A program made the position numbers and the translations under genes. This document shows positions 19,482-30,904 of a stretch of 64,000 nt of DNA, one piece after another (the stretch's first letter is position 1; each line of letters starts with the position of its first letter). Under the pieces are notes generated by a model, which ran no database searches, was not told the origin of the DNA, and saw nothing but the letters and a program-made list of their open reading frames with translations. This stretch comes from Bdellovibrionota bacterium (GTDB taxonomy: Bacteria; Bdellovibrionota_C; UBA2361; JBGSMV01), in contig JBGSMV010000015.1 in assembly GCA_041739995.1 (NCBI GenBank), positions 64,001 to 128,000 on the forward strand, written 5' to 3'.

Positions 19482-21104
19482 ATGAAATTGACTTCTTCTC
19501 TCAGCACCTCAAGTCCTGATTTTCGGGCAAATCGAGAGCACTCTGAACGGTTGCTCGGTCAGCTGGGCGATCGGCTCTCAGAAGCCGCCGGAAGCCCCTC
19601 GGATTCGTCCATTGTACGGCACAAATCTCGCGGGAAACTGTTGGCCCGAGAACGCGTCGAACACCTGATTGATCCCGGTAGTCCTTTTTTAGAACTCTCC
19701 GCATTGGCGGGCCTTGAGCTGTACGAGGGAGTAAGACCAGGGGCAGGAATCATTACCGGCATAGGCCGGGTCTCTGGTCGCGAGTGCATGATTGTCGCGA
19801 ACGACGCGACCGTGAAAGGTGGCACCTACTTTCCACTGACTGTGAAGAAACACCTTCGTGCGCAAGAGATAGCTCTGGAGAACCATCTCCCCTGCTTATA
19901 CCTGGTCGATTCTGGTGGTGCCTTCCTTCCGCTACAAGACGAAGTATTTCCTGACCGTGACCACTTTGGACGCATCTTCTATAATCAAGCCCGCATGAGC
20001 GCGGCACGCATTCCACAGATTGCCGCCGTCATGGGGTCTTGCACCGCAGGTGGTGCCTACGTTCCCGCCATGAGCGACGAAGCCATCATCGTTCGTGAAC
20101 AAGGCACTATCTTTCTGGGCGGCCCTCCACTGGTAAAAGCAGCGACGGGAGTAGACATTTCAGCTGAAGAACTAGGCGGCGCAGACGTGCACTGCCGCAT
20201 TAGTGGCGTCGCTGACCATATCGCTGACGACGACTATCATGCGCTTCAGATCATGCGCCGCATTGTCGCGAACTTAGGTGTCGCCCCCCAGTCCCTTTTT
20301 GACCTCGCCACCCCTGTTCCTCCCGCATACGACCCCAACGAGATCCTTGGACTCATTCCTGCTGAACCAAAGAAATATTTCCCGATGCGAGAAATTCTCG
20401 CTCGCATGCTGGATGAGAGCGTGCTTGACGAATTCAAGCGCACCTACGGGGAATCCGTCATCTGTGGTTTTGCACGCCTCGAGGGCATGCTTATTGGAGT
20501 GATTGCCAACGACGGCATTCTGTTTTCAGAAAGTGCGGTAAAAGTCGCGCACTTTATTCAGCTCTGCAATCAACGCCGCATTCCGTTGCTCTTCATGCAA
20601 AACATCGTCGGCTTCATGGTAGGCAAAGACTATGAGCATGGCGGCATTGCTAAGCACGGCGCCAAAATGGTTACTGCGGTTTCTTGCTGCACAGTCCCTA
20701 AATTGACTCTTCTAGTGGGTGGCTCTTTCGGCGCCGGCAACTACGGAATGGCTGGTCGTGCTTATCAGCCTCGCTTCTTGTTCTCGTGGCCAAACTCTAG
20801 AATCTCGGTGATGGGTCCCGAACAAGCAGCCAGCGTACTTACCCAAGTCCGCCGAGAAGGCGCAGAACACAAAGGCAAAAAGACTTCTGAAAAAGAGCTC
20901 GACGCATATCGCCAAGAAATCGAGGCACGTTACAACGCACAAGCTTCAGCGTTTTATGCCACCGCACGCCTTTGGGACGACGGTATAATTAATCCCTTAC
21001 AAACCCGCTGTGTGCTCGCATTAGCGCTTGCGGCCAGCATGAACCGATCACATCAGCAGCAAAGCTCGACCTCTCAGTCGGACTTTGGAATTTTTAGAAT
21101 GTAA
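19482..21104 (+). CDS. liuB: 3-methylcrotonyl-CoA carboxylase beta (carboxyltransferase) subunit
   Basis: [73 protein letters not shown]. Confidence 0.95.
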   Translation: MKLTSSLSTSSPDFRANREHSERLLGQLGDRLSEAAGSPSDSSIVRHKSRGKLLARERVEHLIDPGSPFLELSALAGLELYEGVRPGAGIITGIGRVSGRECMIVANDATVKGGTYFPLTVKKHLRAQEIALENHLPCLYLVDSGGAFLPLQDEVFPDRDHFGRIFYNQARMSAARIPQIAAVMGSCTAGGAYVPAMSDEAIIVREQGTIFLGGPPLVKAATGVDISAEELGGADVHCRISGVADHIADDDYHALQIMRRIVANLGVAPQSLFDLATPVPPAYDPNEILGLIPAEPKKYFPMREILARMLDESVLDEFKRTYGESVICGFARLEGMLIGVIANDGILFSESAVKVAHFIQLCNQRRIPLLFMQNIVGFMVGKDYEHGGIAKHGAKMVTAVSCCTVPKLTLLVGGSFGAGNYGMAGRAYQPRFLFSWPNSRISVMGPEQAASVLTQVRREGAEHKGKKTSEKELDAYRQEIEARYNAQASAFYATARLWDDGIINPLQTRCVLALALAASMNRSHQQQSSTSQSDFGIFRM

Positions 21105-21123
21105 CTTTCGATTGCAGTTCTCA

Positions 21124-23334
21124 ATGGCGAAACATTCTTCTCAACCTATTCGTAGGCTCCTGATTGCCAATCGCGGCGAAATTGCGTGCCGCATTATTCG
21201 ATCCTGCAAATTAGCTGGTATTACTCCCCTTGCGGTCTTCTCCGAAGCGGATCGATACGCGCTGCACACCAGGCTTGCAACCGAGTCGCTGTGCATAGGG
21301 GAAGGCGAGGCTCAAGCCTCATATCTCAATGGCAAAGCGGTACTTGATGCAGCGATTGCACTGAAAGCTGACGCGATACATCCAGGCTATGGATTTCTTT
21401 CTGAGAATGCTGAATTCGCCAAACAAGTTGAGCAGAAAGGAATACGGTTCATCGGCCCCTCACCTGAAAGTATGCGCGCGGTGGGCGACAAACTCGCCGC
21501 CAAAGCACTCGCTGCTCTTGCCAAGGTTCCCGTTGCCGCCAGCATTGGAATCTCAGTCTCTACCAGCAAGGGCAAAGATGCGGGTAAGGTCTCCAATCTT
21601 GAAGCGCTTAAATCCTTCACTAAGACAGTCGGTTTTCCGATCATTGTGAAAGCTTCTGGCGGCGGTGGCGGTCGCGGCATGCGCAAAGTCTACAAAGCAA
21701 CAGAGCTTGAAGAGGCGATTGCGAGTGCGTCGCGCGAAGCACAAAGCGCTTTCGGCAATGCCACTGTGTTTTGTGAGAAGCTAATAGAAAATGCGCGACA
21801 TATTGAAGTGCAAATTCTAGGCGACCATCACGGTACTGTCCTGGCACTTTCTGATCGTGACTGCACCATGCAGCGCAAACATCAGAAAGTGCTCGAAGAA
21901 GCCCCCGCGCCGGCACTTGAAGCACATGTTCGCCAAGCTCTGCATCAGTCGGCCGTCAGCCTGATGAAAGCGGCGAAGTACGCGAATGCAGGCACCGTGG
22001 AGTTTCTGCTCGACAAGGCAGGTTCGATTTATTTCCTTGAGGTGAACTCTCGGCTGCAAGTCGAGCATCCAGTCACCGAGATGGTTCTGGGGATTGACCT
22101 AGTAGCATTGCAAATAGCGGTAGCAGAAGGGGCCAAGCTTACCGACTTGCTTCCTAATGGACTTAGCGTTTGCGGTCACGCCATTGAAGCGCGAGTGTGC
22201 GCCGAGAATCCAGAGACTGGTTTTATCCCGTCGACCGGAATGCTCAGCACCTTCTCTACTCCTCAGCAGAGCACTTCTTACTTCGAGAGCGCTGCGCCTT
22301 CGTCCGGTACACTACTTCGTGTTGACACCGGATTCGAACGCGGAGACAGAATTTCTCACTTCTATGATTCGCTTGCCGCCAAGGTAATCGTGCATGCTCC
22401 CAATCGCGCTGAGGCAATCACCTCCTTGCGTGCCGCGCTCAGCAACTTCCTCATTGAAGGCGTGCACACCAATCGTCACTATTTACTCTCTCTCCTCAAA
22501 GAAGAGTCTTTCGCCAAGGTTTCGCACTCTATCGACTCTGCTGGCTCAATTCAGACGCAGATCTCCCCGCGCGAGCGTTGGTTTGCTGTTGTTGCCGCCG
22601 CGCTCTGGGAAATTCTTGGCAGCGGACAAAGCACCGGCAGAACAGCTCGCCACACTCAAGGTGGCCTGCCAAATGCTATTGGCGCATGTGGTAGCACATC
22701 CTCCTCCCTCTCTCCTTGGTCGCTCGAGATGGGCCATCGACAGAGCGCGAGACAATCCGGCGCAGAATCGTCAGGCACCACGAGTTTTCAACGTTGCATG
22801 TTGGTGGATTCTCTTCCTTGCCAGGTTGAGATCTCAGGCTTGGGACTCGATTCCACGCACTCGCTTACTGCAACAGTGAAAGTTTCGAACGACGGCGCAG
22901 CCCTTTTAAGCGGAAGAGTCCAGGCCTCCATATCCAAGACCGGCGCTCTCGCATTTACATTCGAGTCTATTGGGCGAGAGTTTTTCTTTAGCGCCAAGGC
23001 TTTGGAGCGCTTCAATCGCGGCGAAGGTATTTGGGTCCATGGACAAACGGCGACATTTCGGATCACCCTCGTCCGAGAGAAGCTTCGCACTCATTCATCT
23101 AAAGAGAGCGCACACAGTGGAGAGATTACAAGCCATCTACCCGGCAAGATTTTGTCCCTGAAGGTCAAGGTCGGTGATACAGTCGCCCAGGGTGACGTGC
23201 TCGTGGTGTTAGAATCCATGAAAATGGAGCATCGCATTGAAGCTCCCTCGGCTGGCCGCGTCAGGGAAGTCTCTGTGACGAATGGTCAGACGATCGAGGC
23301 CGGAAAGATCTTGCTTTCAGTTGAAACTAACTAG
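21124..23334 (+). CDS. liuD: 3-methylcrotonyl-CoA carboxylase alpha (biotin carboxylase + biotin carrier) subunit
   Basis: LIANRGEIACR, HPGYGFLSEN, GGGGRGMR, EVNSRLQVEHPVTE, ESMKME biotin site; ATG 21124. Confidence 0.92.
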   Translation: MAKHSSQPIRRLLIANRGEIACRIIRSCKLAGITPLAVFSEADRYALHTRLATESLCIGEGEAQASYLNGKAVLDAAIALKADAIHPGYGFLSENAEFAKQVEQKGIRFIGPSPESMRAVGDKLAAKALAALAKVPVAASIGISVSTSKGKDAGKVSNLEALKSFTKTVGFPIIVKASGGGGGRGMRKVYKATELEEAIASASREAQSAFGNATVFCEKLIENARHIEVQILGDHHGTVLALSDRDCTMQRKHQKVLEEAPAPALEAHVRQALHQSAVSLMKAAKYANAGTVEFLLDKAGSIYFLEVNSRLQVEHPVTEMVLGIDLVALQIAVAEGAKLTDLLPNGLSVCGHAIEARVCAENPETGFIPSTGMLSTFSTPQQSTSYFESAAPSSGTLLRVDTGFERGDRISHFYDSLAAKVIVHAPNRAEAITSLRAALSNFLIEGVHTNRHYLLSLLKEESFAKVSHSIDSAGSIQTQISPRERWFAVVAAALWEILGSGQSTGRTARHTQGGLPNAIGACGSTSSSLSPWSLEMGHRQSARQSGAESSGTTSFQRCMLVDSLPCQVEISGLGLDSTHSLTATVKVSNDGAALLSGRVQASISKTGALAFTFESIGREFFFSAKALERFNRGEGIWVHGQTATFRITLVREKLRTHSSKESAHSGEITSHLPGKILSLKVKVGDTVAQGDVLVVLESMKMEHRIEAPSAGRVREVSVTNGQTIEAGKILLSVETN

Positions 23335-23456
23335 TTTTGCCTTGCGAAGACCCGGCAATCCAGCCCGCACTCCTTTATGCGAGCACTCAATGCTCATTTC
23401 AAATGGTTAAGGCGGGTCGATGATTTGGGTGTCCAAATCTCTTCAACCAGATTCAT

Positions 23457-24122
23457 TTAAGTCTTTCGAAAGATTCTTACATTCTTGTGCGGCGTTTCCA
23501 TTCGCCAGTTATAGCATGCTGCGATCCAAACAAACGTTTGCGGCTGATAAAACGAGACATGCGTAAAATCTCGTAAGTACCACCAAGTCTCAAATGGAAA
23601 AGTTCCATCGAAAACTTCAGTCATAATGACTAGGCTACCGCCCGGGGCGAGTAACTGATTGACCTGCCTGAATTCCTTTGCAGGGATATGAAAATGCTCA
23701 ATTGTTTCAGTGGAAATTATAAAATCGTACTGATCGGTTGCGAGAAATTCTTTCGGCGCAAAGTAAGGATCATAATTCTCAATACTGAAGCCTGATTCGG
23801 TGAGCATGGCCGCCACCACTGGCTCAGGACCAGAACCATAATCAAGTCCTCGCATCCCGTTTCGTAAGGTTGGAAGAAGTGGCTCAAGCGCACGATTTAA
23901 AAACTCTCGATATTGAAGATTATCTATAGAATTTTCGTGCATTTCATAGCGTTTGCGCTCCTCATTTTGATTGGGACGCAAATTAGGATGGAGCGATATG
24001 AGTCCGCAGTTCGCGCATTCACAGTATCCGCGAGCGTTTGGGATACTCCTTGATATTAGAACATTATGGGCGCACAGCGGGCAGGCTTTCATTTCCTTCT
24101 CGAGAGTCACCATTACCTTCAA
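23457..24122 (-). CDS. Class I SAM-dependent methyltransferase with N-terminal CxxC/CxxC zinc ribbon
   Basis: CPLC, CANCG, GLDYGSGPEP, YDPYF, ETIEHF, WWYLRDFTHVSFY. Confidence 0.9.
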   Translation of the reverse strand: MKVMVTLEKEMKACPLCAHNVLISRSIPNARGYCECANCGLISLHPNLRPNQNEERKRYEMHENSIDNLQYREFLNRALEPLLPTLRNGMRGLDYGSGPEPVVAAMLTESGFSIENYDPYFAPKEFLATDQYDFIISTETIEHFHIPAKEFRQVNQLLAPGGSLVIMTEVFDGTFPFETWWYLRDFTHVSFYQPQTFVWIAACYNWRMETPHKNVRIFRKT

Positions 24123-24341
24123 TCGTTAACTTTATTTAAGCTTCTTAGGGAACTGTTTTCTTAGGGAACTGTTATTGTCGAGACTTGATGAGCAAACACA
24201 TCTGCAAACAGCGGGCCATCACCAGAAAAGTTCTGGGACACCCATACTCTTAGCATTGAGAATCTCAACCCATTCCAAATGGTAAGAGATTGGGTGCCCT
24301 AAGCTCCACTCTATCAGCTTCAGCACTGGGATAAAGAAACA

Positions 24342-25430
24342 TCAAATACCGGATAGCAACTTAAACTCTCGCAAGTACCCCCCTGCCACGAAGGCCGGGG
24401 AAAGTTCTAGTCGACGGGTCTGATTAGCTTCGAGCGCCTTAAGATAGTCACCGCTCTCTATGCACTCCGCTATCTTTGCAGCGCCTGCGCTCCAGTCAGC
24501 ACTCTCTATGTCCTCAAGATTACTATAGGGAACTTTTATCACTGAAAGCTTCTCAGAAACCTCAGCTGAATTCATTTCAAGGACCACGGGGATACTAAAT
24601 CCACGGTGCAGGGAGCCGGAGTTCTCACCTGTCCTGACCTTAGCTCCAAGATGATAGAGCTGAAGATTAAAGGTCAGATTGATTTGGCGTGGCATCACAT
24701 CCTCATGACACACCACCACCAGCGGGTGGGATGGTCTATTTATCGGAAGCGAGAGCCGAGAAGCCTGCACAAGCTCAAAGGACGGTAGACCGGCTTCAAC
24801 GAACATTTCGTCCAATAGCGTGAGCTGAAGCTCAGAGCTTGGCGCCCCTCCAAGATAGCCAATGACAGAGAGATCGGCGTGATTCATAAGCAGCGACGCG
24901 AGAACACGCACCGCATGCCTAACGGAACGCATTTCACCCCAGATGGTGTGCGCTCCAACGATAATTGGATCGATCTGTCGCGGAGCTTCTTCCAAAGTAG
25001 GCGAATCAAAAAATCCATGCGCGATGTCCATGCAAGCAAGCCCTGTCGCTAATAGTGCTTGGTCTTGCAAGTGCCAGGAGCCAAGAAGCGCTATTCTTGC
25101 TGCTGACAAGGATTCAAATCGCCAACCCTCAAGCTCTTCATGAAACCGCTGCTGAATTTCATCGGGGCGATGCATCAAAATTATGGTCGGAGCTGAGTTC
25201 CGTCGGACTCGGTCTGGTAGGGCCCTAAATATCTCCCTGTCATATTCTGCCGAATGGGGTGCTCCGTGAATCTGCACGAGTAACGGCGAATTGGTGCCAA
25301 AGCGTTCGTAAATCTCATCAGCAGAGGAACTCAAAAACGTGGGAACGCCGAGAACATCGAAACCTTGCTTCAGTATGCCACTAGAATAGTGAAGCAATGT
25401 CGGTGCGCCGAGAATCGAAATGAACTTCAT
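24342..25430 (-). CDS. Hypothetical protein, possible GT-B glycosyltransferase-like fold
   Basis: Long ORF (likely start MKFISIL); alternating beta-alpha pattern, IAHGF, ENSGSLH...IPVV resembles the GT4 donor-binding region. Confidence 0.5.
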   Translation of the reverse strand: MKFISILGAPTLLHYSSGILKQGFDVLGVPTFLSSSADEIYERFGTNSPLLVQIHGAPHSAEYDREIFRALPDRVRRNSAPTIILMHRPDEIQQRFHEELEGWRFESLSAARIALLGSWHLQDQALLATGLACMDIAHGFFDSPTLEEAPRQIDPIIVGAHTIWGEMRSVRHAVRVLASLLMNHADLSVIGYLGGAPSSELQLTLLDEMFVEAGLPSFELVQASRLSLPINRPSHPLVVVCHEDVMPRQINLTFNLQLYHLGAKVRTGENSGSLHRGFSIPVVLEMNSAEVSEKLSVIKVPYSNLEDIESADWSAGAAKIAECIESGDYLKALEANQTRRLELSPAFVAGGYLREFKLLSGI

Positions 25431-25726
25431 TGACAATACACTTTCCCCCAGTAGGAGAGAGAAGACCATAGCTGCGGCAGCCAATCGGCGCGAGCTGCTC
25501 CAAGCTCACATCAGAAATTTCAAATTTTGCACAATCTTAAGCGCCAACGCCTCGACCTGTCGGCAGAGATTTCCGCGTCTCTTAAAGAGTCACTAAGCCA
25601 CTGTAACCTCAGTAAATTTTGAATGGTTGAACTTTTTGGTACTCCACCGATAGTGGCCACACACCTGAATTATTTGCGGGGTGTGGTTTGAGGTGTAGTT
25701 CCAGGTCCTCGATTCAACCGTGATGT

Positions 25727-26404
25727 CTACAAAGTCACGGCTTTGACTGGGTGCACCGATTCGCCATCGTAGATCCCCGCAGTGTCCTTAACCAGTTTTA
25801 GCAGCTGCGCTTTAAGCTCTCGTGAAAGGTTGCGCCCAGTCACCTCCCGGTACTCATGCGGGCAAAAACCGAGGTAATTTACCCAAACCACCAGATCGAA
25901 TGGCCCTGCTTTCAGAGAACTCAGCAACGATTGGTCTAAGTCCATCACTACGTGCTTGTACGGCTCAGGGGAGCTTTCACGAATGTCGACTCCTATGACA
26001 TCCATGCCCAGAGCACTAAGAAATCTCGCTCTCCACGGTTCGAATTGAACTCCATTGACGCTGACAAACAAAGGTCCAGGCTGAACCCGAGCTCCGCAGG
26101 CCACATCTAAGCACTGCAGTCCCTTCAAGGTAGAGAGGCCCCCAAAGAAACTTCCAACCGCCAGTGAGGTATCCAATAAGCGGTGCTCAATTCGTCTTGT
26201 GGTGAATTCATCGGCAGAATCTTGAAGTGGGACCAGAAGGTCGCGAATAACTTCTCGCAAAGTCCTGCCATCCGGCACTATGTGTTCAAGTTGGAACCGA
26301 TCACCCAAGTGCTTCGGAAGATTATCCAGGGAACGAAAAATCGCCCCATCACTACTCGGTAGGAATAATAAGTCCCGAGCGCTCGCGCGTGGTTGAGGAT
26401 CCAT
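25727..26404 (-). CDS. SAM-dependent methyltransferase-like protein
   Basis: LDVACGA motif I, VIGVDI motif II, GPFDLVV. Confidence 0.7.
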   Translation of the reverse strand: MDPQPRASARDLLFLPSSDGAIFRSLDNLPKHLGDRFQLEHIVPDGRTLREVIRDLLVPLQDSADEFTTRRIEHRLLDTSLAVGSFFGGLSTLKGLQCLDVACGARVQPGPLFVSVNGVQFEPWRARFLSALGMDVIGVDIRESSPEPYKHVVMDLDQSLLSSLKAGPFDLVVWVNYLGFCPHEYREVTGRNLSRELKAQLLKLVKDTAGIYDGESVHPVKAVTL

Positions 26405-26470
26405 GCAGCGCAGTTTAGAGCGATTCCATACCTAATCAAACTGCGGCGGGGAGGCCCCCACCACCGGTGC

Positions 26471-28336
26471 CTACACGAAAGAAATATCTGCTGAATAGGG
26501 GGAATGCCTCAGGAACAATGCACGAGGAAGCACTTCCACCTTAACTCCGCTAAGAAAGCGCGCATGATGATATCCCACGGCCGCGATCCTCGCATCGCTC
26601 CGAATATCGCGAACCAAACAACGAACTTCAGCGCTCGCAAGCGTTCCATTCTCGAGAGCTGGCGTTCCAAAAGGCTGCATAGCAACCAGATGAGGCAAGG
26701 CGCGCATAGAGGTGACGACTTCGATACTACCGCACGCCGCGGCGAGAAGTGCGCCCATGCGAGCGAGCCGCATGGCTCTTCCCGTTGACGTTAGCTGGGC
26801 ATTCACCGCGTCGCTTAAGCACTGAGTGCCGCGATAGAAGCCCGAAGCTCCCTCTCCACCCGGATTGGTCAACACCTGAGCGAGAGTCCTGTACCAGCTA
26901 GCGGCAACAAACGTCTCGGCAGAATCTCGTGGCACAGGCGCATCCTCCCACTGAACCCCAGAAGCAGCGCGAATCTCAAGTAACTTCGCTGCCCGTTCGC
27001 TTTGCTTAGTGAGCACACACCAAGAAGCAAGGCGACATAAGGTCATATCAGCATCAATTCCAAGAGTTCCTGCCTTAGCCGCCGAAGACTCCACCGCAGA
27101 CCACGCCACCGCCTGTTGCTCGCCTGATCCAAACGCGTGCACAATCTGAAAGGCCTGGCTCGCCTCAACAAACAGTTCACGCCCAGTCTCGAGAAAGAGG
27201 TCTCTGGTGGGAACCTCCTTTCCTGAAAGAATCATGGCTGCTTGCTTGATGCCATGTGCAAGATTCGCCACGGGTTGACTCTCTCCGCCCTCGGCTGGAC
27301 ACGGAGAAATTTCAATAGCGCGCTTTACGAAGGTGATCGCTTCTGAAAACCTCCCTGCTCTTAAACTCCCTTCGGCCAAGTCGCAGCGCGCACTACTATT
27401 GGCAAACGAGGTCGCTCGCGAAAGCATCCGCGAAATTCGAGAATCGACCTCAGCCAATATTAAATTGTCTGGGTCACATCTGGCGAAACCATTTCGTATT
27501 TCGCAAAGAATCGGCAAAATTAACGCTGAGGGAACTGCTTCAGAGACAGCACCTTCACTCAACTCCTTACCTCGAAGGATCTCCCAAGCCTCTACCGGAG
27601 CTCCAACCCGACAGAGCGCAGCAACTACACTGGGCAAGCCGTGGGCAGCACCGGAAACGCTGGTCGACGGGCTCAGCAGTTCGACGCTCTCGCGGACAAA
27701 AGCCGCCATCGATGGCACGGCCTCTAATTTCAGGTGAGATTGCTCTGTAAATGCCCGCAGGACACCGAGCCGCGCGGCAGGCTGCGCAGCGTCAGGGAGC
27801 TCCGCGAGTTGTTTGCGCACTTGTTTAAGGACTTCTTCGGCACCTCTAAACAATCCGCTCCTGGTAAAGTAAGCTCCTAGCGAAGCATGTAATGCCGCAG
27901 CTTCAATTTGGGCTTCCAGTGGCGCTATCTCATCGATAGGACGAGAAGCGAGGGTTCCACGCCTAAGGACATCTGCAATCTTCACCGCTACGGCGCCGGT
28001 CACCACGCCATCTTTTTCACGTCCTGGCTGAGATCCCGATCCAAGTACCATTCCCGCCTGCCCAAAAATCATTCCAATTTCTAAGGCTGTTTGCGGAGCT
28101 GAACTAAGCACTCGAGGCGATAGAGACAGATGAAGCGCCTGAGATACAAAGAAAGGGGCGAGAGTCTGGTTCCACAACGAAGTGCGTTGGATGCGCACGA
28201 GCTGCTCTTGAGCATTGGGGGCACGAAAGCCTGTGAGCCCTCGATCACTCGACGCTCCACTCGCGCTATAATCTGAACCAGCACCGGAAGACGGCGAATT
28301 CTGAGAACTAAAGTGGACCATCGACGAGGCAAGCAA
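26471..28336 (-). CDS. Hypothetical alpha-helical (TPR-like) protein
   Basis: 621-aa ORF, Ala/Leu-rich; LAEGSLRAGRFSEAITFVKRAIEISP is TPR-like. Confidence 0.6.
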   Translation of the reverse strand: MLASSMVHFSSQNSPSSGAGSDYSASGASSDRGLTGFRAPNAQEQLVRIQRTSLWNQTLAPFFVSQALHLSLSPRVLSSAPQTALEIGMIFGQAGMVLGSGSQPGREKDGVVTGAVAVKIADVLRRGTLASRPIDEIAPLEAQIEAAALHASLGAYFTRSGLFRGAEEVLKQVRKQLAELPDAAQPAARLGVLRAFTEQSHLKLEAVPSMAAFVRESVELLSPSTSVSGAAHGLPSVVAALCRVGAPVEAWEILRGKELSEGAVSEAVPSALILPILCEIRNGFARCDPDNLILAEVDSRISRMLSRATSFANSSARCDLAEGSLRAGRFSEAITFVKRAIEISPCPAEGGESQPVANLAHGIKQAAMILSGKEVPTRDLFLETGRELFVEASQAFQIVHAFGSGEQQAVAWSAVESSAAKAGTLGIDADMTLCRLASWCVLTKQSERAAKLLEIRAASGVQWEDAPVPRDSAETFVAASWYRTLAQVLTNPGGEGASGFYRGTQCLSDAVNAQLTSTGRAMRLARMGALLAAACGSIEVVTSMRALPHLVAMQPFGTPALENGTLASAEVRCLVRDIRSDARIAAVGYHHARFLSGVKVEVLPRALFLRHSPYSADISFV

Positions 28337-28475
28337 AAAACGCCGTTATGGGCGTAACACATTGAGCGCGTTGTACTCCTATAGATATGGGTAAGCTAGT
28401 GCCAATCGTACGTCTAACGAAACTTAAATAACGCTGGAATGTGGACTAAGATTTTGTAGTTATTAAGTAAATCTT

Positions 28476-28952
28476 TTAGACGAGGTTCATTTCATGCACG
28501 ATCGCGAGCACTTCCTTAGTCTCGACCAGGCGTAAATTGTCGTCCCATGGAACTCGAACGCCCGCGTGCTTTCCGATCAAAACAATGGCTCCCAGGGGAA
28601 TTCCACTGATATTCGACTCCTCGTCGGAACCCTGATCGCTGGCGGTTGCCACCTCTAATACCTCAGCCAAAACACTCTCCGAAGCCGCTGCCTTAGCTCC
28701 TTCTGGAAGATATAATCCCCCGTCGGACACGTTGCTGTCCTTGCGGATGCTCACCAGAACCCGCATTCCTATCGGACTAACCTTCCGGATGCGTCGATGG
28801 TCTCCAAAACGCACCGAAGACGTTTTTCCGCGACCTCCCTCGGCTCGAAGATTCTGCAGCTCTTCGTTCATTTCCTGCTCAATCGTACGTTCAAGCAGGT
28901 CATCTTTTTTCTTTGGACCGTTGGACATTCGGAGCGCCTCATCAATCATCAC
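28476..28952 (-). CDS. groES: GroES/Cpn10-family co-chaperonin with N-terminal extension
   Basis: VSPIGMRVLV...SDGGLYLPEGAK...AEVLEV...GAIVLIGKHAG...LVETKEVLAIV. Confidence 0.8.
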   Translation of the reverse strand: MMIDEALRMSNGPKKKDDLLERTIEQEMNEELQNLRAEGGRGKTSSVRFGDHRRIRKVSPIGMRVLVSIRKDSNVSDGGLYLPEGAKAAASESVLAEVLEVATASDQGSDEESNISGIPLGAIVLIGKHAGVRVPWDDNLRLVETKEVLAIVHEMNLV

Positions 28953-29531
28953 GTCTAGGAAAGCCCCTCAGTGGAGCGGAAACGAACTCGGATAGTGTAC
29001 TGGGATGTAGATTCTAGCAACTAACGGCTCCCTCAGAGGCATTTCACGCCTGTCCTACATGTTGTTTGGGCATATTTCGCTTCGAAGCAGGGGGCGCGGA
29101 CCGGGAGGCTTCGAATATTGGAAAGAAATCGAGCGAAAGTTGTTCTCAGAGTGCCCTAGAACAGTTATTCTGACTCCCCAGCAACTGAGAAGGTTCGTTT
29201 TTCATCAGTGCATAGAATCACACGAGTGACACTCGGTCGGGCGCCACGAGTCAGGCGCTTTTTCGAGGTCTACTCGGAGCGGCGAGTTTCGTGGCACGCC
29301 GAGTGATTCTTCGTTGCACTTGGCGGATCAAATCCGACTTTCTTAATTTTAGCTCTGGCTTAATTTAGCCCTGGCTTTAGCTCTCGAGCACGCTCCGTTG
29401 CATTTTGTTCTGAGTGGCTTTGGAACTCCGCGCGTTGGAGGCCCACGGTCAACGACTCGGTTCACGGAAGGAATGCCGCGAAGTGTGAAGATAAATTTTA
29501 AAGGTCCGCCTGATTTTCTTAATGGGGTCAT

Positions 29532-30833
29532 ATGGGTGAGAAAGCAACCTTACAGTTTGGTAAAGATCAGGGCGGTAAGGAGCCAATTGAATTAGATGTC
29601 GTAGTCGGCACTGAGCAAGAGCGCGGCATAGACATCACTCGCCTTCGAGAAAAAACCGGATACATCACACTCGATCCAGGCTTCGTAAATACTGGCGCGT
29701 GCAAGAGCGCGATTACATTCATTGATGGAGACAAAGGCATTCTTCGTTATCGAGGAATTCCTATAGAGCAGCTTGCAGAAAAATCGACCTTCCTTGAGAC
29801 CTCATTCCTTGTGCTCTTCGGCAAGCTTCCGACGCAAGCAGAACTGACAAGATTCACCAATGAAATTAGCGCACAGACCTATCTTCATGAGGATCTAAAA
29901 AGCATCTTTTCCGCCTTCACTCGCGACGCGCATCCGATGGGCGTGGTAGGATCGATGTTGCATGCGCTCGCCGCTGTGTACGAGAGCGAGCCTGGCACTC
30001 GCGAAGAGTTGTTTTACGTGAACACCATCCGCCTACTCGCACAGTTTCCAACCATTGCCGCGTTCGCCTACAAGCGCTTGGTCGGTCAGCCCTTCATGTA
30101 TCCTGATCATAAGCGTGAATACTGCGAAAATTTTCTCTACATGATGTTTGCACTCCCGACTGTAGACTACGCGTCGGAAAAGGAAGTGGTTGAAGCGCTT
30201 AATTTGTTGCTTATTCTGCACGCTGATCACGAACAGAACTGTTCAACTTCAACAGTGCGTCTGGTGACTAGCAGCCACGCCAATCTGCAGGCATGCATGG
30301 CAGCCGGCATCTCCGCTCTATGGGGCCCACGGCACGGCGGTGCCAACCAAGAAGTAATCGAAATGCTCGAGCAAATTCGGGTGAACGGTGGTGGCGTGCA
30401 GCGCTACGTTGAAATGGCCAAGGACAAGGATAGTTCTTTCCGACTGATGGGTTTCGGACATCGAGTGTATAAGAACTTCGATCCCCGCGCGAAGATCATT
30501 AAGACCGCCTGCGACAAGCTGCTTAACAAACTGAAAGTAAGTGACCCCTTGCTTGATATCGCTCGCGAACTTGAGGCGGCCGCATTGAAGGATTCATACT
30601 TCGTTGAGCGAAAGCTCTACCCGAACGTCGATTTCTATAGCGGTATCATGTACCGCGCCATGGGAATTCCAGTGAACTTCTTCACGGTGATGTTCGCGCT
30701 TGGCCGATTGCCGGGATGGCTCGCACACGCGAAAGAGCTCATTGATGACACCTCAAATAAGATCGGTCGACCAAGACAGGTATACGTCGGCCCAGCACTC
30801 ACCAACTACACTCCAATTGCCGGACGAAGCTAA
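29532..30833 (+). CDS. gltA: Citrate synthase (type II)
   Basis: TLDPGF, FIDGDKGILRYRG, ILHADHEQNCSTSTVR, GPRHGGAN, RLMGFGHRVYKNFDPRA, LYPNVDFYSG. Confidence 0.97.
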   Translation: MGEKATLQFGKDQGGKEPIELDVVVGTEQERGIDITRLREKTGYITLDPGFVNTGACKSAITFIDGDKGILRYRGIPIEQLAEKSTFLETSFLVLFGKLPTQAELTRFTNEISAQTYLHEDLKSIFSAFTRDAHPMGVVGSMLHALAAVYESEPGTREELFYVNTIRLLAQFPTIAAFAYKRLVGQPFMYPDHKREYCENFLYMMFALPTVDYASEKEVVEALNLLLILHADHEQNCSTSTVRLVTSSHANLQACMAAGISALWGPRHGGANQEVIEMLEQIRVNGGGVQRYVEMAKDKDSSFRLMGFGHRVYKNFDPRAKIIKTACDKLLNKLKVSDPLLDIARELEAAALKDSYFVERKLYPNVDFYSGIMYRAMGIPVNFFTVMFALGRLPGWLAHAKELIDDTSNKIGRPRQVYVGPALTNYTPIAGRS

Positions 30834-30904
30834 CGACCCCAAATCTCGATCGCACCAGCATCACTGGCTGGAAGCTTTCTTTGGGAAAATTTCGTTGAGG
30901 TTTA

